In this document: piece by piece, positions 28,356 to 37,124 of the stretch | Numbering within the stretch: position 1 is the first letter of the stretch | Layout of the letters: the number at the start of each line of letters is the position of its first letter | Assembly: GCA_963798915.1 (NCBI GenBank) | Contig: CAWCVB010000002.1 | Span: forward strand, 288,001-352,000 | Source: an uncultured Gemmatimonadales bacterium | Lineage (GTDB): Bacteria; Gemmatimonadota; Gemmatimonadetes; Gemmatimonadales; GWC2-71-9 | DNA: 64,000 nt | Reading direction: 5' to 3' | The notes under the pieces: generated by a model | The model's input: the letters and a program-made list of their open reading frames with translations, nothing else | Told to the model about the DNA's origin: nothing | The model's database searches: none | Made by a program: the position numbers and the translations under genes

Positions 28356-30854
28356 ATGAGAATTTCACTGCTGTCCCTGCTGCTCGCCTCCACACTGGCC
28401 GGTGCATTGCACGGACAGGGCGTTGCGCCGGCTGCATCAGCCAGAGCGGACGATCCCTGGCTCTGGCTGGAACCGGTCCGCTCCGACAGCGCGATGCAAT
28501 GGGTGCATGCGGAGAATGCAGTGACGCTCGCCAAGTACGCTCAGTCGCCAGCGTTCGACAGCCTCCGCGAGACGATCCGGCACGTGCTCGACTCCGACGC
28601 GCGGATTCCCTACGTCAACCGCATGGGTTCGTACCTCTACAATTTCTGGCGTGACCAGGCACATCCCCGGGGCATCTGGCGCCGCACCACGTTGGAGGAA
28701 TACCGGAAGCCGGAGCCCCGCTGGGACGTGTTGCTCGACGTGGACTCACTGGGCCGGGCTGAAGGTACCGGCTGGGTCTACCACGGCGCGCAATGCCTGG
28801 AGCCGGCGTACACCCGCTGCCTCGTCTCGCTCTCGCCCAACGGCGGCGATGCCTCGGCGGTGCGCGAATTCGACCTGACCACGCGGCGTTTCGTGGAGAA
28901 CGGTTTCACCCTGTCGGCCGCCAAGTCCCGGGTGAGCTGGATCGACCAGGATCACATCTACATCGGCACCGACTTCGGCCCCGGGTCAATGACGACGTCC
29001 AGCTATCCGCGCATCGCCAAGCGGTGGCGCCGGGGCACGCCGCTCGCCTCCGCCACGGTGGTGTATGAGGGAAAGCCGACCGACATGTCAGTCAGCGCAT
29101 ACCGCGATCGCACGCCCGGCTACCAGCGAGATTTCATCTCGGTGGCACGCGATTTCTACCACGATACACGCTATCTGCTGCAGGACGGCAAGCGCATCAA
29201 GGTGGACGTGCCCGAGGATGCCGGCGTGGATTTTCATCGGGAATGGCTGCTGCTCGAACTGCGATCATCCTGGACCACGGGCGGCCGCACCTGGCCGGCC
29301 GGGGCGTTGCTGGCGATCAAGGCGGATGCCTTCCTGGGTGGCGCGCGCGAGTTCCAGGCACTCTTCCTGCCAACCCGGCACACGTCGCTCGCGTCCCATC
29401 GCTGGACCCGGCATCACCTGATTCTCGGCTTGCTCGACGACGTCAAGAGCCGCCTGGAAGTCCTCACCCCCGGGCCAGGTGAGTGGGCCCGCGCCCCGCT
29501 GGCCGGCGCGCCGGCGTTGAGCACGGTCGGCGTGGTGGACACCGATCCGGACTCGACCGACGAGTACTGGCTCAGCGTGGAAGGGTTCCTGGCTCCGGCG
29601 GCACTCGAACGGGGCGTCCTCGACAGCGTCGAAATCGAAACCATCAAGCAGGGGCCGGCCTTCTTCGACGCGACGCCCTACGAGGTCACCCAACATTTCG
29701 TCAGCTCGAAGGACGGGACCCAGGTGCCGTACTTTCAGGTGTCAGGCAAGGGCATGCCGCTCGACGGGAGTCATCCCACGCTGCTGTTTGGCTATGGCGG
29801 CTTTGAAATTTCCGAAGTGCCGGCGTACGATGGCGTGCTTGGCCCCGCCTGGCTCGATCGAGGCGGCGTCTATGTGGTGGCCAACATCCGGGGTGGCGGC
29901 GAGTACGGCCCTGACTGGCACAACGCTGCGCTGCGTGAGCACCGCTCGCGCGCGTACGAGGATTTTGCCGCCGTGGCGCAGGACCTGGTCGATCGCGGCG
30001 TCACCACGCCGACCCACCTCGGTGCGGAAGGACGCAGCAACGGCGGCCTGCTGATGGGCAACATGTACACCCGCTGGCCCCAGCTCTTCGGCGCGATCGT
30101 CTGTGGCGTGCCGCTGCTCGACATGAAGCGCTACACGCATCTCTCCGCGGGTGCATCGTGGATCGCCGAGTATGGCGATCCCGACAAGCCGGCCGACTGG
30201 ACGTTCATCCGGACATTCTCGCCCTACCAGAACGTGCGGGCCGGCATGGACTACCCGCCCATCCTTTTCTACACCGCAACCAGCGACGACCGGGTGGGCC
30301 CGGTGCAGGCGCGGAAGATGACGGCAAAACTGCAATCCATGGGCTATGGCAACGTCTGGCTGCACGAAAACACCGAGGGTGGCCACGCTGGGTCATCCGA
30401 CAACAGCCAACTGGCCTTCCGCCGGGCGCTGACGTACCGGTTTCTGTGGGAGAAGCTGAGAGCTAAGAGACTGAGAGCCAAGGGCATTAGCTTCCGCTCC
30501 AGCGCTCAGTCCCTAATCCCTCTTCCCGCTCCAGCAACGCCTGCTTCCGCTCAATGCCCCAGCGATACCCGGCCAGGCTGCCGTCCTGCCGCACGGCGCG
30601 GTGGCAGGGCACCAGCACCGCAAGCGGGTTGCTGGCGCAGGCGTGCGCCACGGCCCGCACGGCGGATGGCCGACCGATACGACGCGCAATCTCACTGTAG
30701 GACCGGGTGCTTCCGGCCGGAATCCGGCGCAGCTCCTGCCAGACACTCTGCTGGAACGCGGTGCCCTGCATGTCGAGCGGCAGGTCGCCTCCCGTTCCGG
30801 GCCGCTCCACCGCACCCACCACCTGTGAGGCGAGCTTGGCATCGCCATGAATGA
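28356..30854 (+). CDS. Prolyl oligopeptidase family (S9A) serine peptidase; homology ends ~30460, ORF reads on into ada
   Basis: Signal peptide, DDPWLWLE, GYGGF, ANIRGGGEYG, GRSNGGLL (Ser), DDRV (Asp), GGH (His). Confidence 0.88.
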   Translation: MRISLLSLLLASTLAGALHGQGVAPAASARADDPWLWLEPVRSDSAMQWVHAENAVTLAKYAQSPAFDSLRETIRHVLDSDARIPYVNRMGSYLYNFWRDQAHPRGIWRRTTLEEYRKPEPRWDVLLDVDSLGRAEGTGWVYHGAQCLEPAYTRCLVSLSPNGGDASAVREFDLTTRRFVENGFTLSAAKSRVSWIDQDHIYIGTDFGPGSMTTSSYPRIAKRWRRGTPLASATVVYEGKPTDMSVSAYRDRTPGYQRDFISVARDFYHDTRYLLQDGKRIKVDVPEDAGVDFHREWLLLELRSSWTTGGRTWPAGALLAIKADAFLGGAREFQALFLPTRHTSLASHRWTRHHLILGLLDDVKSRLEVLTPGPGEWARAPLAGAPALSTVGVVDTDPDSTDEYWLSVEGFLAPAALERGVLDSVEIETIKQGPAFFDATPYEVTQHFVSSKDGTQVPYFQVSGKGMPLDGSHPTLLFGYGGFEISEVPAYDGVLGPAWLDRGGVYVVANIRGGGEYGPDWHNAALREHRSRAYEDFAAVAQDLVDRGVTTPTHLGAEGRSNGGLLMGNMYTRWPQLFGAIVCGVPLLDMKRYTHLSAGASWIAEYGDPDKPADWTFIRTFSPYQNVRAGMDYPPILFYTATSDDRVGPVQARKMTAKLQSMGYGNVWLHENTEGGHAGSSDNSQLAFRRALTYRFLWEKLRAKRLRAKGISFRSSAQSLIPLPAPATPASAQCPSDTRPGCRPAARRGGRAPAPQAGCWRRRAPRPARRMADRYDAQSHCRTGCFRPESGAAPARHSAGTRCPACRAAGRLPFRAAPPHPPPVRRAWHRHE

Positions 30855-31245
30855 GCTCGGCCCGCGGAAAGCGTTGATGCAGGTCGATCATCAAGGCGTC
30901 GTGGTCGTCGCCCAGCATGACGGCGCAAACGCCGAGGGTGCTCTGGGCGACCAGGATCAGGCCGAGCGACGAGGGCTTGAAGGTGAACCAGATCCTGCTC
31001 GGCTGATGAACGCCGCCAGCAACATCCTTGTCCGGCTTGCAGCGCTTGCACGGGCGGAAGCCGGCTCGCTCGGCGTCAGCCCGGGTGGGATGGAATTGCA
31101 CGTTCTCCGGGCGGGCCAGCCGAGCCGAGCACGAGGGGCGGCAGTAGACGCCCGTGGTCCGCACGGAGTAATAGAAGGTGCCGTCCGCTTCCGTGTCCCG
31201 CTCGAGAATCGCTTCCCAGCGTGGGTCCGCCATGATCTTCTGCAT
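30487..31245 (-). CDS. ada: Ada Zn-binding domain fused directly to O6-methylguanine-DNA methyltransferase (no AraC HTH)
   Basis: TTGVYCRPSC...FRPCKRC; GTAFQQSVW, SYSEIA, PCHRAV, GYRWG. Confidence 0.88.
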   Translation of the reverse strand: MQKIMADPRWEAILERDTEADGTFYYSVRTTGVYCRPSCSARLARPENVQFHPTRADAERAGFRPCKRCKPDKDVAGGVHQPSRIWFTFKPSSLGLILVAQSTLGVCAVMLGDDHDALMIDLHQRFPRAELIHGDAKLASQVVGAVERPGTGGDLPLDMQGTAFQQSVWQELRRIPAGSTRSYSEIARRIGRPSAVRAVAHACASNPLAVLVPCHRAVRQDGSLAGYRWGIERKQALLEREEGLGTERWSGS

Positions 31246-31288
31246 TGTGTCCGTCCTCCCGCCAGTGTGGTGTGTGCGTCACGACAAG

Positions 31289-31331
31289 AAGGTAGGGCAG
31301 GGCAGGCGTATGATCTCGCCATTTTCGGACA
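31289..31331 (-). promoter_or_regulatory. Box A + -10 for ada: TGTCCGAAAATGGCGAG-N20-TACCTT
   Basis: 15/17 identical to the inverted box B, with identical spacing to a TAnnnT hexamer. Confidence 0.65.
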
Positions 31332-31397
31332 ACAATATTCTGCTCGGTGTTGGCACATAAAGCGTTGTCAAGGCACGAGTTGAATCAGAGAATTACC

Positions 31398-31440
31398 TGT
31401 CCGGAAATGGCTAGTCCAGAATCCTCCATGGCATTATCAT
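31398..31440 (+). promoter_or_regulatory. Box B + -10 for adaA-alkA: TGTCCGGAAATGGCTAG-N20-TATCAT
   Basis: Read directly from sequence; ATG 7 nt after the -10 suggests a leaderless mRNA. Confidence 0.65.
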
Positions 31441-31446
31441 GATGGC

Positions 31447-32970
31447 ATGACGGACGACGCCACGGCGCTCTATCAGGCCTATACCTCGCGCGACCCGCGC
31501 TTCGACGGGGTTTTCTTCATTGGAGTGACATCGACCGGGATCTACTGTCGGCCGGTGTGCACTGCGCGGACGCCCAAGCAAGCCAATTGCCGGTTTTTCC
31601 AGAGCGCGGAAGCGGCAGAAAAGGCGGCCTTCCGGCCCTGCCTCAGATGCCGGCCGGAGCTGGCTCCGGGTAACGCGCCGGTGGACGATGCGCATCGGAT
31701 CGCCGAGCTGGTGGCGCAGCGGATCGAACAAGGTGCCTTGGACAACGGGGGCGGCCTGGAAGACATCGCCCGCACTTTCGGTTGGAGTTCACGGCAGATT
31801 CGCCGGCTGGTGCACAACGAACTTGGCGTTTCGCCCATGGACCTGGTGATGACCCGTCGCCTCCTCCTGGCCAAGCAGCTGCTCACCGAGACGACGTTAC
31901 CGGTGATCGAAGTGGCATTTGCCAGCGGTTTTGCCAGTCTTCGCCGGTTCAATGATGCCTTCAGCCGACGGTATGGCATGCCTCCAACGCAATTGCGTAA
32001 GGCGGCGCGCACCGGCAAGTCGGACGTCGGTTCCAGTGAGACGCTCACGCTGCAACTCAGTTACCGGCCACCGTTTGACTGGAAGGGCCTGCTCGCGTTT
32101 CTGGCCGCGCGCGCGATTCCGGGCGTTGAAGCAGTACGGAGTGATGCTTGGTTACGCACAGTGCGCCTGGGTCAGCAGGTCGGCTGGGTGGCGGTAACGC
32201 ATGCGCCGGCCAGGCGCAGTCTGCGAGTGGAATTTTCCCACTCACTTGTGCCAGTGCTGCCTGCCCTCCTGGCCCGGATCCGGAATCTCTTTGACCTCAC
32301 CGCCAGGCCCGACCTGATCGAGGCCCATCTGGCACAGGACCCTCGCTTGCGCGACCTGGTCGCTGAAGCTCCCGGGCTTCGGGTGCCCGGCGCCTTCGAC
32401 AGCTTTGAGCTGGCGATGCGCGCCATCCTGGGCCAGCAGGTGACCGTCAAGGGCGCCACGACGCTGGCAGGACGCGTCGCCGAGGCCTTCGGAGACGCGA
32501 TCACGACACCGCATCCCGAACTCGCTCGCCTCACGCCCACAGCCGAGCGGGTTCGGGCGCTCGATGCAGCAGCGCTCGGGTCGCTTGGTATTACCGGTGC
32601 CCGTGCCCGTTGCATCATTGCCGTTGCGGACGCCATGGCCTCAGGCCGGCTCCGGCTGGACGCGGGAGCTGATCCTGAGGCGATCATTGCGGCGCTCAAG
32701 GGGCTTCCGGGAATCGGGGACTGGACCGCGCAGTACATCGCGATGCGGGCGCTGCGCTGGCCGGACGCCTTTCCCGCCGGTGACATCGCGTTGCTCAACC
32801 GGCTGGGTGTTGGCGCGAAGGAAGCGGAAACGATGTCGGAGGCGTGGCGGCCCTGGCGCAGCTATGCGGTGATGCATGTCTGGCTCGACAGGTCGGGCAA
32901 GGCGGGCAAGGCGGGCAGGACGGACGGGTTCGAGTCGAACCGTCATTCCCGCGCAAGCGGGAATCCATGA
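31447..32970 (+). CDS. alkA: AdaA-AlkA fusion: Ada Zn domain, AraC HTH, DNA-3-methyladenine glycosylase II
   Basis: YCRPVC, RPCLRCRPE, SGFASLRRFN, ILGQQV, HhH LPGIGDWTA, DAFPAGD, WRPWRSYA. Confidence 0.92.
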   Translation: MTDDATALYQAYTSRDPRFDGVFFIGVTSTGIYCRPVCTARTPKQANCRFFQSAEAAEKAAFRPCLRCRPELAPGNAPVDDAHRIAELVAQRIEQGALDNGGGLEDIARTFGWSSRQIRRLVHNELGVSPMDLVMTRRLLLAKQLLTETTLPVIEVAFASGFASLRRFNDAFSRRYGMPPTQLRKAARTGKSDVGSSETLTLQLSYRPPFDWKGLLAFLAARAIPGVEAVRSDAWLRTVRLGQQVGWVAVTHAPARRSLRVEFSHSLVPVLPALLARIRNLFDLTARPDLIEAHLAQDPRLRDLVAEAPGLRVPGAFDSFELAMRAILGQQVTVKGATTLAGRVAEAFGDAITTPHPELARLTPTAERVRALDAAALGSLGITGARARCIIAVADAMASGRLRLDAGADPEAIIAALKGLPGIGDWTAQYIAMRALRWPDAFPAGDIALLNRLGVGAKEAETMSEAWRPWRSYAVMHVWLDRSGKAGKAGRTDGFESNRHSRASGNP

Positions 32971-33141
32971 GGGCTCCCCCGGGGCATGGAGGGCCGGATG
33001 GGCAGAGGCAGGCGGTCGCGCGATCATGTCATCCTGAGCAAGCAGGGCGAGCGAAGGATCTACCTGCCCGGGTCCCGACGCTGGTCAGCAGATCCCTCGC
33101 GTTGCTCGGGATGACAAGAGGGCACGGCATGCCGTGCCCTT
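32894..33141. repeat. Repeat cluster: GGGCAAGGC nonamers, CGTC-REP (32941-32967), inverted TGTCATCC REP pair (33027-33116), GGGCACGGCATGCCGTGCCC hairpin
   Basis: Palindromes read directly; lies between convergent alkA and dinB. Confidence 0.8.
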
Positions 33142-33181
33142 AACGGCTGCCATCCACGAGCTTCGGTCCGCATGTCCGCCT

Positions 33182-33679
33182 TTAAAATCCCGGCATCTTC
33201 TCGTCCGCTGTGGGCCCGTACACCATGGGCACCGGCACATCGAGCAACCTGAGATACACCGTCAGCTGACCGCGATGGTGACTCAGGTGGCTGATGTGCT
33301 GCCGGATGACCGACCGGCGTGGGGCGGTGAAGATCACACGCTCGCCACGCTTGAGGGACCAGGGCCGATCGAAATCCTCCTCGCTGGATTCCTGCAAGGC
33401 CTCCCGCGCTGCTTCAACGTTCTGGTCGAACCCGACGAGCAGGTCCTCGGTGCTCTGGTACGAATAGCCGCCGGCCCTGGCCAGATCCAGCGCAGGTTCG
33501 GTCAGCGTATTGGCAATCCATCCAGGTATCCAGGAGACCAGCTGGGCCAGATGTCCCAGCGCAAAGGACTTGGGATGCGGTTTCCACTGGGCCTTGTCGG
33601 CGGGGACGCGTTCCAGCACCCGGCGCGTGGTGCGCATTTCTTCGTCGAAGTCGGGGAGCGGCGAATTGGAGAGATCCAT
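33182..33679 (-). CDS. DinB family protein
   Basis: TRRVLERVP...WKPHPKS..LG.LA, HLSHHRGQLTVYLRLL. Confidence 0.9.
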   Translation of the reverse strand: MDLSNSPLPDFDEEMRTTRRVLERVPADKAQWKPHPKSFALGHLAQLVSWIPGWIANTLTEPALDLARAGGYSYQSTEDLLVGFDQNVEAAREALQESSEEDFDRPWSLKRGERVIFTAPRRSVIRQHISHLSHHRGQLTVYLRLLDVPVPMVYGPTADEKMPGF

Positions 33680-33738
33680 GGAGGTAGGGGTCAGGGGTTA
33701 GGGACTGGGGGCTGGAGCTGTGAGTTGAGCGCCCGAGG

Positions 33739-34389
33739 CTACTTCCAACGTACCCCCGCTCGCAGCGGAAGGTACGAGAATGGAGTGGAGAGCGCGTAAG
33801 TACCCGCCTCCGCCTGGGTAAACGCATGGGCAAAGGTGAGGTCCAAGATCAGGTCCATGCGGCCTGAGACCGGCACATCGATGCCGGCACCGGCCCGCAA
33901 CCCGAGTCCGGTGCGCGAGGCGCCGAAGCTGACGACGCCGAGCCCGCCATGAATGCGGGGTTGTACCGCGCCATCGCGCAGTCGCTGTGAAATATCGAGC
34001 CAGGCAGCCCAGAGTGAAGCGGTCGGGGCGTTGGTTCGTGTCGTACCGCTCGGAATGCCCGCTTCGAGTATTACGGGGAGTGCGAGTTCTCGCTCGGGGA
34101 AGCGCCCATATTCAATTTCCGCACTGAGGGCTGTTCCTGCGCGCAGGTCGTAACCGATAGCGACCGCACCGCCCGGCCCTGGATTCCAGCGGCTGCTGAA
34201 TTCTGTGGGGTTCAGCGGGACGGCAGTGGCGGCAAGCGCGCGTACTTCGATGCGACCGGATGGCGCCTGGGCGGGGAGAATGGAAGTCATGCTGCCCAGG
34301 AGTAATGCGGTCGAGCCAAATGACATGGCGATGAGGTGAGTCACAGGATCTCCGATCCTGGGAACGACGGAATCAGAGGGAAGCTCCAT
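33739..34389 (-). CDS. Putative outer-membrane beta-barrel protein (start uncertain, possibly ~34326)
   Basis: Signal-like N-terminus, amphipathic beta strands, C-terminal PLRAGVRW. Confidence 0.55.
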   Translation of the reverse strand: MELPSDSVVPRIGDPVTHLIAMSFGSTALLLGSMTSILPAQAPSGRIEVRALAATAVPLNPTEFSSRWNPGPGGAVAIGYDLRAGTALSAEIEYGRFPERELALPVILEAGIPSGTTRTNAPTASLWAAWLDISQRLRDGAVQPRIHGGLGVVSFGASRTGLGLRAGAGIDVPVSGRMDLILDLTFAHAFTQAEAGTYALSTPFSYLPLRAGVRWK

Positions 34390-34428
34390 GGTGACAACTT
34401 AGCCAAACCCGGCCCACAAGTGATGTTA

Positions 34429-35646
34429 TCACTTCTCCGCGGGTTGGCCGAGACCGAACCGTGCGACCCGCTCGACGCCGTCCGCGTCAGGATCCTTGGT
34501 CAACAGATAATCGCTCCCGACTTCGAGCAACTCCTGGTTGGAGGGCATCGAGAACCGGCAGGTGTAGCGGCCGGTGGAATCGAAACCGACCCAGTGCTCA
34601 ATCTCGGTTGACCCCGGCCGACTGAATACTCGTACCCAAAGCCGTCCGTCCCGGCCAATTCGGACTCCCGTGAACGCCGGCAACTCATCTGCGACGGGGC
34701 GATCGTCGCGCAGCGATGGCTCGAGGAAACGCTTCCGCACTTCTGGCGACGCATCGACGAACTCAGCTTCCTCCGCTCGCCGCGCTGCGGCGAGCAGATC
34801 AGACGTGATGGTCTGATCCTGGCCGGTCCAGCGGACAATACGTCGAATAGCATGGCTGCCACGAGCATCGCGCATCCTGAGTTCCGGACGCGCGCCATGG
34901 CCGGAGGCGATGCGCGTGCCACCTCCGGCGACCTGGGCATGAGACTCAAACCAGGGGGCCAGCAGGAAGGATTTGGAGGCACCGGGAAGGACGCCAAGTC
35001 GGCCATTGGGGAGGGTCTCCAGCGTGTCCGCCGCCGCCCCATCGGGTGAGTAGAGCGCGGTCGTGATCTCTCGCATCTTGAAGCCTGGACCGGTCAGTTC
35101 AGGCCATTCGTCATTGGCAAGCACCATCCACCCATCGGCAAGTACCTCAATCACTGCAGGCGGGTTGACGAAGGGCGGTTCTGGCCGAATGGTCCTGACC
35201 CATGTTCCGTTCTGGTCAAATACGAGGAACTGCCAAGGCCGGTAGTCGCCTACGTATATCGTGTCGCCTCGAGTCAGCCAGATGTAGAAGGCATCGCTGA
35301 ATTCGCCCGGTCCTCGGCCACGGCGCCCCGAGCGCATCAGGAACTTCCCGTCCGGACCGTAGTAGCGGATTTCCTCAGTGCCCTGATTTACCAGCACGAT
35401 CCGGCCGTCACTCAGCTGGGTTGCGCCGAAGACGCGGTGAAGCATGTACTCTTCCGGTCCTTCGGCTACGCCGATGAGAACTGATGGCGTGGTGTCCACC
35501 GGGCAGATCGCCGGCAGGCGGGCAAGATCATTGGTGACGATTGCGACGCCCGCGCTGTCGCGCACCGTGACCGGAGTTGAGGTCTCGCCACCGGTTGCCG
35601 AGCAGGCTATCAGCAGTGCAAGAGCGCCCAGCAAGAATCGCATCAT
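34429..35646 (-). CDS. 6-bladed beta-propeller lipoprotein
   Basis: LLIAC lipobox; GRRGRGPGEF motif; DGRLWV. Confidence 0.7.
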   Translation of the reverse strand: MMRFLLGALALLIACSATGGETSTPVTVRDSAGVAIVTNDLARLPAICPVDTTPSVLIGVAEGPEEYMLHRVFGATQLSDGRIVLVNQGTEEIRYYGPDGKFLMRSGRRGRGPGEFSDAFYIWLTRGDTIYVGDYRPWQFLVFDQNGTWVRTIRPEPPFVNPPAVIEVLADGWMVLANDEWPELTGPGFKMREITTALYSPDGAAADTLETLPNGRLGVLPGASKSFLLAPWFESHAQVAGGGTRIASGHGARPELRMRDARGSHAIRRIVRWTGQDQTITSDLLAAARRAEEAEFVDASPEVRKRFLEPSLRDDRPVADELPAFTGVRIGRDGRLWVRVFSRPGSTEIEHWVGFDSTGRYTCRFSMPSNQELLEVGSDYLLTKDPDADGVERVARFGLGQPAEK

Positions 35647-35653
35647 GGCTGTC

Positions 35654-36109
35654 TCATCGTTGAGTCGACTCATGCGCGGCAATGACGCGCCAGCCTTCGG
35701 GGCGTTTCCGCCAGACCGTGGTCGCGACGAACTCGCCGGTGCTGACAGACCCATCGGCGGCGGTGCGCTTCGATGAGAGCGCACTGGTGACAATCACCGA
35801 CGAGGAGTCGAGCACCGTAAAGATCGGGTCGCCCCGCTCGGCATAGACCACATCCGAGGCACCATTCTGCCACCACTTGAGCTGTTGTTCCCGAAGGGCG
35901 TCGAAACCGCGGATGATCTCGCCATTGAACACGAAGATCAGGTCGGGACTCCGCAGGTATGACGCAAGAAAACCGTCGGTGTCGTGGGCATTGGCGGCAG
36001 CCATCTGCTCGTCCAGCACCGGCCTCAGCTCCTGTTCTGGTGCCTGGGCTCTGGCGCTTCGGCCCATGAGGAGGAGCGCCACGCCGGTGGTCGCGATCAG
36101 TCGTCGCAT
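35654..36109 (-). CDS. NTF2-like (DUF4440/SnoaL) secreted protein
   Basis: Signal peptide; AANAHD.DGF...Y; TTVWRKRPEGWRVIAAHES. Confidence 0.8.
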   Translation of the reverse strand: MRRLIATTGVALLLMGRSARAQAPEQELRPVLDEQMAAANAHDTDGFLASYLRSPDLIFVFNGEIIRGFDALREQQLKWWQNGASDVVYAERGDPIFTVLDSSSVIVTSALSSKRTAADGSVSTGEFVATTVWRKRPEGWRVIAAHESTQR

Positions 36110-36156
36110 GATGTGCGCCTCGGGTGCGGGGTGATAGGCTACGATACGGACGCTCG

Positions 36157-36212
36157 GCAGGACGGGCAAGGCGGGCAGAATTCAGGGCGGGCAGGGCGGG
36201 CAGGGCGGGCAG
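36157..36212. repeat. Nonamer tandem repeat (GGGCAGGGC/GGGCAAGGC)
   Basis: Direct inspection; same family at 32894, 39226 and 58727. Confidence 0.7.
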
Positions 36213-36382
36213 TCGGGCTGGCATTCCCCGCGCACGCGGAGCATCCATCCCGCCCCTGAAACCCCCGCCCGGCCTCCCCCGTATTGCCCCCTGCGCTTGC
36301 ACCTTCCCGGCAGGGTGCTACCATCCAGTGTTCAGCCGGCGCCCACCGTCTTGGCCCGGCCGCACCCAGGAGAATGCCAGGT

Positions 36383-37093
36383 ATGATCCATCCATTTGCC
36401 CGGCGTCTGGCCGGCGCGATGGCTGCCGCCGCCGTGCTGACGGCCTGCAGCAGCGCCACCGGTCGCGCCCAGAACCCGGCTGTTACCACCGTGTCCGCCG
36501 CGCCGGCCCAGGGTGAGGCCGCCGCCATCGCCCGGGCCCGGGCTGACAGCGCCCTCCGCCCCTATACCAAGGCGGATATCGACTTCATGAACGGCATGAT
36601 CGCCCATCATGCCCAGGCCGTGGTGATGGCCAAGTGGGCCCCCACCCACGGTGCGAGCCCGGCCGTCCAGCGGCTTTGCGCCCGGATCGCCAATGCCCAG
36701 CGCGACGAGATCCGGACCATGCAGGGCTGGCTGCGTGACCGCCAGTTGCCCGTCCCGGTACCTGACACCACCACCGGCATGGGCATGATCATGAATGGCA
36801 CCGTGCATCACATGATGATGCCGGGCATGCTCAGCGCCGAGCAGCTGCATGCGCTCGACCAGGCGCGGGGCGAGCAGTTTGACAAGCTGTTCCTGCAGGG
36901 CATGATCAGCCACCACCAAGGCGCTGTTACCATGGTGGATGACCTCTTCGGCAGCTACGGTGCGGCGCAGGACCAGCTCACCTTCAAGCTGGCGAACGAT
37001 ATCAGCGCCGACCAGACGACCGAGATCGAACGGATGCAGAAGATGCTGGTCGCCGTGACGTTCGGCACTTCACCGGCGTCCTCCAATCCATAG
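36383..37093 (+). CDS. DUF305 (ferritin-like) lipoprotein
   Basis: LTAC lipobox; ADIDFMNGMIAHHAQA, FLQGMISHHQGA. Confidence 0.88.
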   Translation: MIHPFARRLAGAMAAAAVLTACSSATGRAQNPAVTTVSAAPAQGEAAAIARARADSALRPYTKADIDFMNGMIAHHAQAVVMAKWAPTHGASPAVQRLCARIANAQRDEIRTMQGWLRDRQLPVPVPDTTTGMGMIMNGTVHHMMMPGMLSAEQLHALDQARGEQFDKLFLQGMISHHQGAVTMVDDLFGSYGAAQDQLTFKLANDISADQTTEIERMQKMLVAVTFGTSPASSNP

Positions 37094-37124
37094 TCCCCAC
37101 TCCGACCCTCCAGAGGAATCTGCC

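Noticed and set aside
31359..31364. E. coli-type Ada box (AAAGCG)
   Set aside because: Only a partial match (followed by TT, not CA), single copy and without consistent promoter geometry.
32941..33141. Integron attC sites or tRNA-like ncRNA
   Set aside because: No RYYYAAC/GTTRRRY ends, no integrase and no cloverleaf; better explained as REPs.
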